A DNA stretch of 33,235 nucleotides from a virus. How positions within the stretch are numbered: the stretch's first letter is position 1; each line of letters begins with the position of its first letter. Shown here piece by piece: positions 19,534 through 27,007 of the stretch. A program made the translations under genes and the position numbers. The notes beneath the pieces were generated by a model. It had not been told where the DNA came from and ran no database searches. It worked only from the letters and a program-made list of their open reading frames with translations. The stretch is from the IMG/VR virus record IMGVR_UViG_3300036770_004485; one strand, written 5' to 3'.

Positions 19534-19788
19534 TCAGAAATCAAACACGTCAGAGTTAATCTGAATCACGTTCACTTTCGGATCGGCAAACTTAACTCCG
19601 TCCTTAGTTTCCTTCACACCGTAGACATTGTAAAGGCAACTTACCAGAGATTCGTAATCACCACACTCTTGTGCCAGATGATACAGACTCTCATCATTGT
19701 TGATCCAGAGAGCAACATTCCAGGTCTCATAATTCTCCCAACCGTTATAGGAGATGTCGAGAGCATTGCGTTGGAAAGTGGCAGTCAT
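19534..19788 (-). CDS. Conserved phage hypothetical protein
   Basis: YNGW.NYETWNVALWI.NDE.LY motif; first gene behind R3. Confidence 0.85.
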   Translation of the reverse strand: MTATFQRNALDISYNGWENYETWNVALWINNDESLYHLAQECGDYESLVSCLYNVYGVKETKDGVKFADPKVNVIQINSDVFDF

Positions 19789-19800
19789 TTGAGTCCTTTT

Positions 19801-19872
19801 GTTTGGTATGCTTTAGTATTGCACACTAGACGGTCGTTTGGGGGGTTTGGTGGACAGTTTGGTAACTGTCAC
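19801..19872 (-). promoter_or_regulatory. Repeated early-promoter unit R3
   Basis: GTGACAGTTACCAAACTGTCCAC...TGCAATACTAAAGCATACCAAAC. Confidence 0.85.
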
Positions 19873-20023
19873 ACGCTGCTGCGGTTTGTTGCGGATTGTT
19901 GCAAAGTTTAATCATTTGCTGGTCCATCTTTTCCCACATTTGTGCATCTCTCTGTGCCAACCAAATGTTAAACCCGACCATTGAAGAAATGCCGACCATA
20001 ATAGCAATCGCGTACTTTTTCAT
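19826..20023 (-). CDS. Small protein with N-terminal hydrophobic anchor
   Basis: Likely start MKKYAIAIMVGISSMVGFNIWL; C-terminus runs into R3. Confidence 0.65.
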   Translation of the reverse strand: MKKYAIAIMVGISSMVGFNIWLAQRDAQMWEKMDQQMIKLCNNPQQTAAACDSYQTVHQTPQTTV

Positions 20024-20025
20024 GA

Positions 20026-20169
20026 TTAGAATGATGTGAACTCTTCCAGATAATACCTGACACTCACACCAAGTTTCTGACACTCTGAGATGATCAATTC
20101 CAATTTGTCATTGTCTTTGATGTCACACTCTTTGATCAAAAAGTGTAAGTCTTTCTCAATTTTGTTCAT
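20026..20169 (-). CDS. Small hypothetical protein (47 aa), not in ORF track
   Basis: Manual translation MNKIEKDLHFLIKECDIKDNDKLELIISECQKLGVSVRYYLEEFTSF. Confidence 0.7.
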   Translation of the reverse strand: MNKIEKDLHFLIKECDIKDNDKLELIISECQKLGVSVRYYLEEFTSF

Positions 20170-20353
20170 AGGTTTCTGAAACGGAAGGCGAAACATCTTC
20201 GATCTGTTGTGTCGGAACTTTTACGCGAATGTTATAAGGAGAATTGAAAAAACGCCGAAAAGCAGTAACAAGAATGAGAAGCGTCGAAGTAACACCAACC
20301 AAACCAAGGAAGGTGATAGCATCGCCAGAGAAAGTGTAGGTATCAGGTGTCAT
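20156..20353 (-). CDS. Small probable membrane protein
   Basis: 65 aa with one hydrophobic segment followed by RRFFNSPYN. Confidence 0.75.
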   Translation of the reverse strand: MTPDTYTFSGDAITFLGLVGVTSTLLILVTAFRRFFNSPYNIRVKVPTQQIEDVSPSVSETYEQN

Positions 20354-20356
20354 GAT

Positions 20357-20518
20357 TCAAACGGAGGGAGTTACTTCGATTTCTTTGATGTTGAGACCAC
20401 AAAGTTGATTGTAGACGCGATTGAGTATAAGATCGCAGGCACGAATTGCTTTGGATTTCTCATACCAAATGGTCACACATCCGTCGTAGGTTTCAACTTG
20501 AACGCGGTAGTTTTTCAT
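20357..20518 (-). CDS. Small hypothetical protein (53 aa), not in ORF track
   Basis: Manual translation MKNYRVQVETYDGCVTIWYEKSKAIRACDLILNRVYNQLCGLNIKEIEVTPSV; first gene behind R4. Confidence 0.8.
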   Translation of the reverse strand: MKNYRVQVETYDGCVTIWYEKSKAIRACDLILNRVYNQLCGLNIKEIEVTPSV

Positions 20519-20526
20519 CTCGTTTT

Positions 20527-20600
20527 GTTTGGTATGCTTTAGTATTGCACGGATTCAGGCAAATCGCAACCGCTTGTGTGCCACTTCTCAAACTGGACTC
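20527..20600 (-). promoter_or_regulatory. Repeated early-promoter unit R4
   Basis: GAGTCCAGTTTGAGAAGTGGCAC-8-TTGCGA-TTTGCCTGAATCCG-TGCAATACTAAAGCATACCAAAC. Confidence 0.85.
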
Positions 20601-20728
20601 GCATACTTGAAAGCATCAAGAATCTTCTGGTAATCTCGCTGTTCGACTTCATCGAACTCGTATGCTTGTTGCTCCAGGCAATACACGAGCAGTTCAATTT
20701 GATCGTTGGACAGTTCAATTTGTAGCAT
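20588..20728 (-). CDS. Small hypothetical protein (46 aa), not in ORF track
   Basis: Manual translation MLQIELSNDQIELLVYCLEQQAYEFDEVEQRDYQKILDAFKYASPV; stop lies inside the R4 palindrome. Confidence 0.7.
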   Translation of the reverse strand: MLQIELSNDQIELLVYCLEQQAYEFDEVEQRDYQKILDAFKYASPV

Positions 20729-20909
20729 CAGTCTTCAGGTAATTTTGTAAGGTTTTGAGGATACGTTGCATGGCAGAGCGAGAATAACCTGTAGCAAAAG
20801 GATAACCTTGCCCGTCAGTATCAGGTGCAGTATAACACACATTGACTGCATCTTTCAAGTCTCTGACGATCCATTTTAGATCGTCAGAGTTAACTTTTGT
20901 GGTTGACAT
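20715..20909 (-). CDS. Hypothetical protein
   Basis: 64 aa; GYPFATGYSRSAM motif; abuts the upstream stop. Confidence 0.8.
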   Translation of the reverse strand: MSTTKVNSDDLKWIVRDLKDAVNVCYTAPDTDGQGYPFATGYSRSAMQRILKTLQNYLKTDATN

Positions 20910-21176
20910 TTAGCAGGCACCCCACATAGGATTTGCAAGTTGTGCATCAGTGTGAAAATCAGTTACCTGATAACCCATGCCAATTCTTTCCTCACACTCA
21001 CGCTCAAACTCACGTTTGGTGATTACTTTCTTGCTCATGGTATCAGTACCTTTGAAAGAAAGAATCTTGAGCATGTAGTTGGGAGAGACATCAGCATCAA
21101 TCGCAACCTTGACGGGATAATAGTCAACAACCATGGAAGGTTTGCCGTCAATTTGAGAGATTGCTGAGAGTTGCAT
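20910..21176 (-). CDS. Hypothetical protein
   Basis: Start moved to MQLSAISQ, directly behind R5. Confidence 0.8.
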   Translation of the reverse strand: MQLSAISQIDGKPSMVVDYYPVKVAIDADVSPNYMLKILSFKGTDTMSKKVITKREFERECEERIGMGYQVTDFHTDAQLANPMWGAC

Positions 21177-21186
21177 CGGTTCCGTT

Positions 21187-21259
21187 GTTTGGTATGCTTT
21201 AGTATTGCACGGATTCAGGCAAAGCACAAGGGGTCTTGTGCCAGTTTCTGAACTGTCAC
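21187..21259 (-). promoter_or_regulatory. Repeated early-promoter unit R5
   Basis: GTGACAGTTCAGAAACTGGCAC-AAGACCCC-TTGTGC-TTTGCCTGAATCCG-TGCAATACTAAAGCATACCAAAC. Confidence 0.85.
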
Positions 21260-21663
21260 ACTGCCAGGGCACCGCTGGGAATCTCTACACCTTCTAGGTA
21301 AGATTCGTGCCATTCGCATGTATCATAGCACAACCATCCTTCCTCTTGAGTATAAACGTATGCAAACTCTTCGGCACCTTGAGTCAGATACTCGTGCAGG
21401 TTAGCATCAAGGCGAGGAGGACAATCATCACCTCGTTGAGAATAATAGAGCGCACCTTGGGCAACAGTTTCATTATTAAATCCAGCATTTGTCCATGCCG
21501 AACTCATGTCGCCACCATCAATCAGTTCAGCAACTTTATCACGATCGTTGTAATGTGTGCGGAGAATACGACCCAACCACTCAGGATAACCATCCCAATG
21601 ATGATAAACTGACAGAATGTTTCCATTCTTGAGTTCAAGACCAATGCGAGAGCGTGTTGCCAT
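21256..21663 (-). CDS. Conserved phage hypothetical protein (YxHWDGYP family)
   Basis: MATRSRIG...SVYHHWDGYP...LIDGGDMS...EEFAYVY; start moved to behind R6. Confidence 0.85.
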   Translation of the reverse strand: MATRSRIGLELKNGNILSVYHHWDGYPEWLGRILRTHYNDRDKVAELIDGGDMSSAWTNAGFNNETVAQGALYYSQRGDDCPPRLDANLHEYLTQGAEEFAYVYTQEEGWLCYDTCEWHESYLEGVEIPSGALAV

Positions 21664-21673
21664 TTGTTCGTTT

Positions 21674-21746
21674 GTTTGGTATGCTTTAGTATTGCATGAA
21701 ATCAACGATCACGCAACTGGTAGTGTGCCAGTTCCTGAACTGACAC
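21674..21746 (-). promoter_or_regulatory. Repeated early-promoter unit R6
   Basis: GTGTCAGTTCAGGAACTGGCAC-8-TTGCGT-14-TGCAATACTAAAGCATACCAAAC. Confidence 0.85.
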
Positions 21747-21918
21747 AATTTGTCTTTGATAATTGGTCAATGAATTGCCTTGCCGTTGTTATACTGTTGA
21801 ACCATCTTGCCTGCTTGCCATCAACCAGAGCAACATACTTGTTTCCATGAGGCATAGCAATGTAATTGCCACATTTGCTCACATAAGGAGGAGCAACATC
21901 AAAGATTTGACTATTCAT
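21709..21918 (-). CDS. Hypothetical protein
   Basis: 69 aa; ATGA overlap with the upstream gene; C-terminus encoded by R6. Confidence 0.7.
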   Translation of the reverse strand: MNSQIFDVAPPYVSKCGNYIAMPHGNKYVALVDGKQARWFNSITTARQFIDQLSKTNCVSSGTGTLPVA

Positions 21919-22151
21919 CGGGCAATCACATCCAGAGACTCCAATAGCATCATTGCAAGTTCCATCTGATTCTCATCATCAATCACAGGAATGTTTGTTT
22001 GCACAAACTCACTTGCAAGTTGAGCAAAAAGTTCAGTCGTTCGCTCATCTGAGAATACAGCAGTGGCAAAATCACTCTTGAAACCGTCACGCAACAGACG
22101 CAGAGAACGTGTTACTGTCAGTTCTTTAATTTCTTGTTGATAGTCAGTCAT
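21915..22151 (-). CDS. Hypothetical protein
   Basis: Likely start MTDYQQEIKEL. Confidence 0.75.
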   Translation of the reverse strand: MTDYQQEIKELTVTRSLRLLRDGFKSDFATAVFSDERTTELFAQLASEFVQTNIPVIDDENQMELAMMLLESLDVIAR

Positions 22152-22159
22152 TTGTGTAA

Positions 22160-22525
22160 TCACTTCATGTAAAGATAAGCGCCTGCCCAATCAGCGTGGG
22201 CAAACAGATACTCACGATCACGAATCAAACGCAGATCGTAACGAACGCCCTTGGCAGGTTGCTTCCAAGATGCAGACTTGTAGACTTCACCAGTCTTCTT
22301 GTCAACAAAAGCGTGAACAGAACGTTGACCACTGGAGTCAATCATGATGATCTTGTGATACTTCTTACCCGACACAAAGGTATAATCATAACCTTCAGGA
22401 GCAGCATCACGCAGAGCATCACAGAACTGCCACACATACTTGATGACATTCAGTTGAAGAGTGTTGCGAGCATCTTGCTGAGCGCAATAGTCGCTGAAGT
22501 CCTTGGTGAGAAAAGCGGAAGTCAC
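22160..22525 (-). CDS. Conserved T4-like/cyanophage hypothetical protein
   Basis: GKKYHKI...SVHAFVDKKTGEVYKSASWK.PAKGVRY...DWAG.YLY; probable GTG start behind R7. Confidence 0.85.
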   Translation of the reverse strand: MTSAFLTKDFSDYCAQQDARNTLQLNVIKYVWQFCDALRDAAPEGYDYTFVSGKKYHKIIMIDSSGQRSVHAFVDKKTGEVYKSASWKQPAKGVRYDLRLIRDREYLFAHADWAGAYLYMK

Positions 22526-22538
22526 TTGACGTTTCTTT

Positions 22539-22611
22539 GTCTGGTATGCTTTAGTATTGCACGGATTCGGGGATTCCACAAGGAGTCTTGTGCCAGTTCA
22601 TGCACTGGCAC
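22539..22611 (-). promoter_or_regulatory. Repeated early-promoter unit R7
   Basis: GTGCCAGTGCATGAACTGGCAC-AAGACTCC-TTGTGG-AATCCCCGAATCCG-TGCAATACTAAAGCATACCAGAC. Confidence 0.85.
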
Positions 22612-23506
22612 ATTGAAACCGACCGCTGTTGAAGTTATGATAAGCAAAGACCTCACGATTCACCAGTTTGAACATACCGAACGCATTGGTGAGAACATAA
22701 CCCTCAGCATCAATACGATTGCCATTGATGTAAGCGGCAGGACCATCATTGCGGCACAGAAACAAGCAGTCATCTTTGATTGACTTCACCAACGACCACA
22801 AACGGATCAGGTTAGGATCACAATCAAAGTCATTTACGCTCTCTGTGGTAATCTGTTCACCAGCACGAATGAGAGCGTTGATTTGTTGTTTGATTTTTGC
22901 TGCCTCCTTGTTAGAGACAAAATTAACCATGGTAGAGATTTGACGAGCAAATTGTACGATGCCAGCAACATCCTCAAACGATTCTTGACCGTACTGAATG
23001 TATGCTTCAGGTTTCACAAACTTGACATAGGGAGTATCCGTGATGGTAAAGTTCATCGGATAAGCAACTGCATCACGCAAATCTTTCTCTGCGATGTAGA
23101 CAGTATGAGGAGCAATGATGATCTCCTCGTTCACTACTTCAGGAAACTTGTAAGTGATTGTGTTTGGTGTGTATTCGTCGGATCCACCGAACCCGATAAA
23201 ATCACCTTGCAAAATACCAGCAGTGCGAGGCAAGTAATCCAAGCAAGCATGAAGGATTTGTGCGACATTTCCTTGGTGGTTTGCATCAATGTCCTCATGC
23301 GATTCGTTGATCTTAATTTTTACTTTGTTGAACACACTTTTGGTGCCAACGAAGAAGTTTCCAGTTGCAGGATTCGTGCCCCAAACAATCGCAGGAGCAC
23401 CATCAATTTTAACCGAAAGATTGCCAGGATTTACGAACCAATCCAGAACTGACAGATCGCCAGTCAGGATAGAATCTTCGGGGTGTTCAAGATGTGTGTT
23501 CTTCAT
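22598..23506 (-). CDS. Ligase-like nucleotidyltransferase-fold protein (DUF6267-like)
   Basis: 302 aa; HLEHPED, SVKIDGAPA (KxDG motif I), GTKSVFNK, QGDF, EGYV (motif IV) and KLVNR (motif V). Confidence 0.75.
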   Translation of the reverse strand: MKNTHLEHPEDSILTGDLSVLDWFVNPGNLSVKIDGAPAIVWGTNPATGNFFVGTKSVFNKVKIKINESHEDIDANHQGNVAQILHACLDYLPRTAGILQGDFIGFGGSDEYTPNTITYKFPEVVNEEIIIAPHTVYIAEKDLRDAVAYPMNFTITDTPYVKFVKPEAYIQYGQESFEDVAGIVQFARQISTMVNFVSNKEAAKIKQQINALIRAGEQITTESVNDFDCDPNLIRLWSLVKSIKDDCLFLCRNDGPAAYINGNRIDAEGYVLTNAFGMFKLVNREVFAYHNFNSGRFQCASA

Positions 23507-23571
23507 GCTTTTAGTATTGCACGAAATCGTGCCCAGGTCAAGGGGGTGTGTGCCAGTTCCTCAACTGTCCT
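23507..23571 (-). promoter_or_regulatory. Repeated early-promoter unit R8 (leaderless configuration)
   Basis: AGGACAGTTGAGGAACTGGCAC-8-TTGACC-14-TGC-AATACT-AAAAGC-ATG. Confidence 0.8.
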
Positions 23572-23640
23572 TTACACTTTCAAAAAAATCGTTGATTTTA
23601 TTTGGGCGGATGACCTATGACACCCTTCAGGTAGAATTGC

Positions 23641-23665
23641 AAAAAAATCAGGGTTTGACCCCTGA
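23641..23665 (-). terminator. Rho-independent terminator after the helicase
   Basis: TCAGGG-GTCAAA-CCCTGA followed by T7; preceded by a second hairpin TGAGTCTC-ACCC-GAGACTCA (23674-23693). Confidence 0.75.
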
Positions 23666-23690
23666 CCAGCACTTGAGTCTCGGGTGAGAC

Positions 23691-24905
23691 TCACCGACGC
23701 ACAACACTTATGGCAGGTTCTCCTTGTTGGAAGATAGTGTCAACAACTGCCTGAACTTTCTTGGCAGTGCTGATACCAACGTTGGAGAACACGGGAATGT
23801 GAACCAGACCGAACGATTTGGTATAATTGGCAAGGTCACCAGGTTTGATAGAACCATCGCGCAGACCTTTGGCATCATCCTTATGCAAACGGATCACCCG
23901 TCCGATAGTCTGAGCGATGCCAATGTAGTCCATGGCACGCATCATCACGCAGGCAGAAAGACCAGAGACGTTGATACCTTCAGACAGAATACTGTGGTGC
24001 ATGATGACAAACTTCTTGCCATCTTCCTTGCCCCAAGCATTGAGAGTGTCAAAGAATACCTCACGATTAACCTTCTTGCCGTTGACAAATGCACCATGCT
24101 TCGCAGTAATCCACATCAGAGAATAACCACGACGATCCAACTCATAGGCAAAATCAGTTTCAGACACCAGACGCATGATGTCTTTGGTCTTGGTAGCACA
24201 AATCAGCACCTTTTCCATGCTTTCGCTGTTGTCAATGACGTTGAGCAGATTGTTGCGATCACGACCTGCAATGTCGCCGTTGATAGTCTCAGGCAGTTTG
24301 GCAGTGACAACTTTAGGAGGGATAATGTATCCGCCTTCAATGAGTTCGGGAGCAGAAACTTTCTCAATCACCTGACCATAAACGTCAGGATTGTTCATCC
24401 CAGGTTTAGAGGGAGTGAGAGAATGTTTGGGAGTTGCAGTAAAGAAGTAGCAACGCTTAGCAATAGCAGACATAGCAGAAGTTGCAACGTAGAAGTTACG
24501 CTGAACGCTATTATGTGCCTCATCAAAATAAATCGTAGCAACTGGAATCCCAGCATCAACAACACGCTCAAGCGAATTGTAGGTGGTGAAGATGAGTCGC
24601 TTCTTGTCAGAGTTAGCAAGCACCCAGTTGTAAATCTCTTTGGGTTTGGTGGTAGAATAGTGATGCGTTTCGCCACTGTGGACGTGCATCACTTCTGCAT
24701 CAAGGATAAACTCAAGAAACTCAGAAGAGAGTTGCTCAGCAAGCAAGATGCGCGGTGCAACCACTACAATAGTGCCAGATTCTTGACGCTGAGCATCAAA
24801 AATCATGCAAGCAGTCTTGCCACCGCCAGTAGGAACAATCGCCTGACCAATGCTATGCTGAAGCATAGCATCAAGAATACGCTGTTGGTGAGGACGAAGT
24901 TGCAT
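23691..24905 (-). CDS. Superfamily 2 DEAH helicase (ResIII/UvsW-like core)
   Basis: LRPHQQ, PTGGGKT, YFDEAH, TATP, LSEGIN and QTIGRVIR motifs; start moved to MQLRPHQ because 24928-24956 is a promoter. Confidence 0.92.
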   Translation of the reverse strand: MQLRPHQQRILDAMLQHSIGQAIVPTGGGKTACMIFDAQRQESGTIVVVAPRILLAEQLSSEFLEFILDAEVMHVHSGETHHYSTTKPKEIYNWVLANSDKKRLIFTTYNSLERVVDAGIPVATIYFDEAHNSVQRNFYVATSAMSAIAKRCYFFTATPKHSLTPSKPGMNNPDVYGQVIEKVSAPELIEGGYIIPPKVVTAKLPETINGDIAGRDRNNLLNVIDNSESMEKVLICATKTKDIMRLVSETDFAYELDRRGYSLMWITAKHGAFVNGKKVNREVFFDTLNAWGKEDGKKFVIMHHSILSEGINVSGLSACVMMRAMDYIGIAQTIGRVIRLHKDDAKGLRDGSIKPGDLANYTKSFGLVHIPVFSNVGISTAKKVQAVVDTIFQQGEPAISVVRR

Positions 24906-24927
24906 GAATTGAATTGATTGTCTCTTT

Positions 24928-24984
24928 ACAATAGCATCAAAAAAGGGGTCTGTCAAGACCCCTGTGCCAGTTCAGAAATTGTCT
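24928..24984 (-). promoter_or_regulatory. Promoter variant R9 fused with a terminator
   Basis: AACTGGCAC half site, then GGGGTC-TTGACA-GACCCC-T6, then TGC-TATTGT at 17-bp spacing. Confidence 0.8.
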
Positions 24985-25991
24985 GGTCTCTTGAATCGTT
25001 TATTAACTTTTGCTGCCTCTTTGATCGTTGCATCTCCAATGCAATGATTTGACTTGAGACCTTCTCTTTGGCAGAAAATCTTGTATCGGTCAAGAATACT
25101 GTGGAAGATGTATTTGTGAGCATTAGCATCAATATATCCTTTACAGAGAGTAGTTTGACTCTCCATTCTTGGCAGAACGTTGATAAGGAAATACTTGAAG
25201 TTTTCCTCTCTTCCATTCTCCAAAACATCATCAATAAACTGTGCCAGTAAGCAGCAGGTCCTGAACATTGGACCAGTGACATAAGTATCAACTGCTCGTG
25301 ATCCGCCAAAAGAATTGTGGAACATTTGTGCCCACATCCAGTTGCCAGCTGCAAGTCTACGCTGTGATTCTGGATCTTCTGCGGGGTAATCTACGGTAAG
25401 AGCCAAATAGAATTGGTTGAAAGATTTCAATTCAATTCCATCTTCTCCATCGTATCCAAAACCATCAATGTGAAGGTGATAACCAGTCAGGATTCTCTCT
25501 ACCCACAGAGATGTTTGATCCTTAAATACAACACCTGCACGAATCTCATCAATCTTACTGAGTTTTTTACGTTGTGTATTCAGTGCAAAAAAGATTTCTG
25601 CTTCAATTTCTTCACACTCTTGAAGTGTTGAATCTTCATTGTGCTCATAGATCATTGCAGGAAAAGATACAGAATTATCCTTAACTCCCGACAGATAGTG
25701 AAGAACTGCTTTATGCTGCCCATCAATCAACCAATCTCCACTGTTATTTCCCAACCCTTCGGGACGACGTGCAACAACAGCAGGAATCAGCAACTTTAGG
25801 TCTAGTTTCTTATATTTTTTAATACAACTGGTGCTCAACATTCTCTGATACAGAGATGATACCTTTAGTTCACCGCTATTTGAATAATTTTCAAATGTGA
25901 GAGGTTTACCCTCAAATCCTGGTATCACAGACTTCATCAAATCTTTCTTTGATGAAAGTTCTTTGATTGTTTTATAGTTAGATGTAGACAT
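24972..25991 (-). CDS. ParB/Srx-like DGQH-motif protein
   Basis: 339 aa; YQR, LIDGQHK and EAEIFFALNTQRKKLS motifs as in DGQHR/DndB/ParB-like domains. Confidence 0.7.
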   Translation of the reverse strand: MSTSNYKTIKELSSKKDLMKSVIPGFEGKPLTFENYSNSGELKVSSLYQRMLSTSCIKKYKKLDLKLLIPAVVARRPEGLGNNSGDWLIDGQHKAVLHYLSGVKDNSVSFPAMIYEHNEDSTLQECEEIEAEIFFALNTQRKKLSKIDEIRAGVVFKDQTSLWVERILTGYHLHIDGFGYDGEDGIELKSFNQFYLALTVDYPAEDPESQRRLAAGNWMWAQMFHNSFGGSRAVDTYVTGPMFRTCCLLAQFIDDVLENGREENFKYFLINVLPRMESQTTLCKGYIDANAHKYIFHSILDRYKIFCQREGLKSNHCIGDATIKEAAKVNKRFKRPDNF

Positions 25992-26039
25992 AGTTTTGTT
26001 TAAGTTAGTTTATTGCCACTCATTGTGTGGCATGTTTAA

Positions 26040-26068
26040 ATTATAACAGATGAAAGTTTATCTGTCAA
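26040..26068 (-). promoter_or_regulatory. Consensus sigma70-type promoter
   Basis: TTGACA-17-TATAAT with extended TG, upstream of the DGQH gene. Confidence 0.85.
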
Positions 26069-26075
26069 TACTTTT

Positions 26076-26270
26076 TCATTTACCCTTCAGTAAATTGTGA
26101 TAGTATTTTACCTCGGGGTTGTCATAATCAGCACATCTGGGATAAAACACACCATCAACGTAACAAGACTTTTCTGGTTCTCGGTAAATTGGTTTGGGAG
26201 GAATATCTCTAGTGCAGAGATATGCACCATCTAGGCACAGCTGCAAAAATATCAATGCTGCCTCAATCAT
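26076..26270 (-). CDS. Small Cys-containing hypothetical protein
   Basis: 64 aa; ATGA overlap with the methyltransferase stop. Confidence 0.7.
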   Translation of the reverse strand: MIEAALIFLQLCLDGAYLCTRDIPPKPIYREPEKSCYVDGVFYPRCADYDNPEVKYYHNLLKGK

Positions 26271-27007
26271 AGACCCAAAGGATTTTCCAATCGGATTCTT
26301 TCTTGCAGTTTAGCATAGTATTCTGCATCAAGTTCTGTGCCTGTGTATTTTCTATCACACCGCATTGCTGCTACAGCAGTAGATCCAGAACCCATAAAGC
26401 AATCCAGCACAGTATCACCAGGGTGAGTGTATGCACGAATGAGTCTTTCCAAAACCTCAAGATTTTTGGTAGTCGGATGCCACCCAATGTAATCTTTTGA
26501 CGTTGTGTGATTGTTCTTCTCCCAAATACAGGTAGGAATTGTACCTTGTTCATAATCTTTCCCAGTGCGGAGGTTCTTTTTGACCTTCCTTTCCACTCGT
26601 ACATCACCATCGTTGAAGAGGAATGTTTCGCCTTTTGACCAACAGAAAGCATACTCATGTTTGCGGGCAAAGTTAGTCTTAGCACGTCCACCCCAGTTAT
26701 AACTCCAGATGATCTCATTCTGAGCACACATGCCAGCATAAGAATCCACCAGTAGTTTATATCTAAGAAACGTGCTGGTCTTCAGTGTGCCCCATACAAT
26801 CAACATACGGTTGGGTTTGAGAACACGGACACATTCAGCAGTCCATTGATCACACCATCCTAGGTAATCGCCTTCACAATCCCATTGAGAATCCCACCCC
26901 TTTCCACCATCAAATCCAATGAAATAAGGTGGATCAGTAAGCACCAGATCCACGCTATTATCATCAATCTGTTTGAGGTATTCCAGACAATCAACGTTCT
27001 GAATCAT
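26267..27007 (-). CDS. Beta-class N6-adenine/N4-cytosine DNA methyltransferase
   Basis: DLVLTDPPY precedes HPTTK and VLDCFMGSGST; start MIQNVDCL in ATGA overlap with the upstream nuclease. Confidence 0.93.
   Translation of the reverse strand: MIQNVDCLEYLKQIDDNSVDLVLTDPPYFIGFDGGKGWDSQWDCEGDYLGWCDQWTAECVRVLKPNRMLIVWGTLKTSTFLRYKLLVDSYAGMCAQNEIIWSYNWGGRAKTNFARKHEYAFCWSKGETFLFNDGDVRVERKVKKNLRTGKDYEQGTIPTCIWEKNNHTTSKDYIGWHPTTKNLEVLERLIRAYTHPGDTVLDCFMGSGSTAVAAMRCDRKYTGTELDAEYYAKLQERIRLENPLGL

Noticed and set aside
20910-22579. Shared N-terminal peptide CNTKAYQT in three ORF-track proteins (and VWYALVLH on the plus strand)
   Set aside because: It is the translation of the promoter repeat; true starts lie downstream at 21176, 21663 and 22525.
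18698-23571. Repeats read as a CRISPR array or integron attC array
   Set aside because: Intervals are 490-970 bp and contain whole genes; the repeats have promoter geometry; no cas or integrase gene and no attC R-box pattern in the window.
22196-23687. Plus-strand ORFs of 130-195 aa
   Set aside because: Antisense to well-supported minus-strand genes.
23724-24917. 397-aa plus-strand ORF
   Set aside because: Antisense shadow of the helicase, explained by codon bias; no motifs or promoter.
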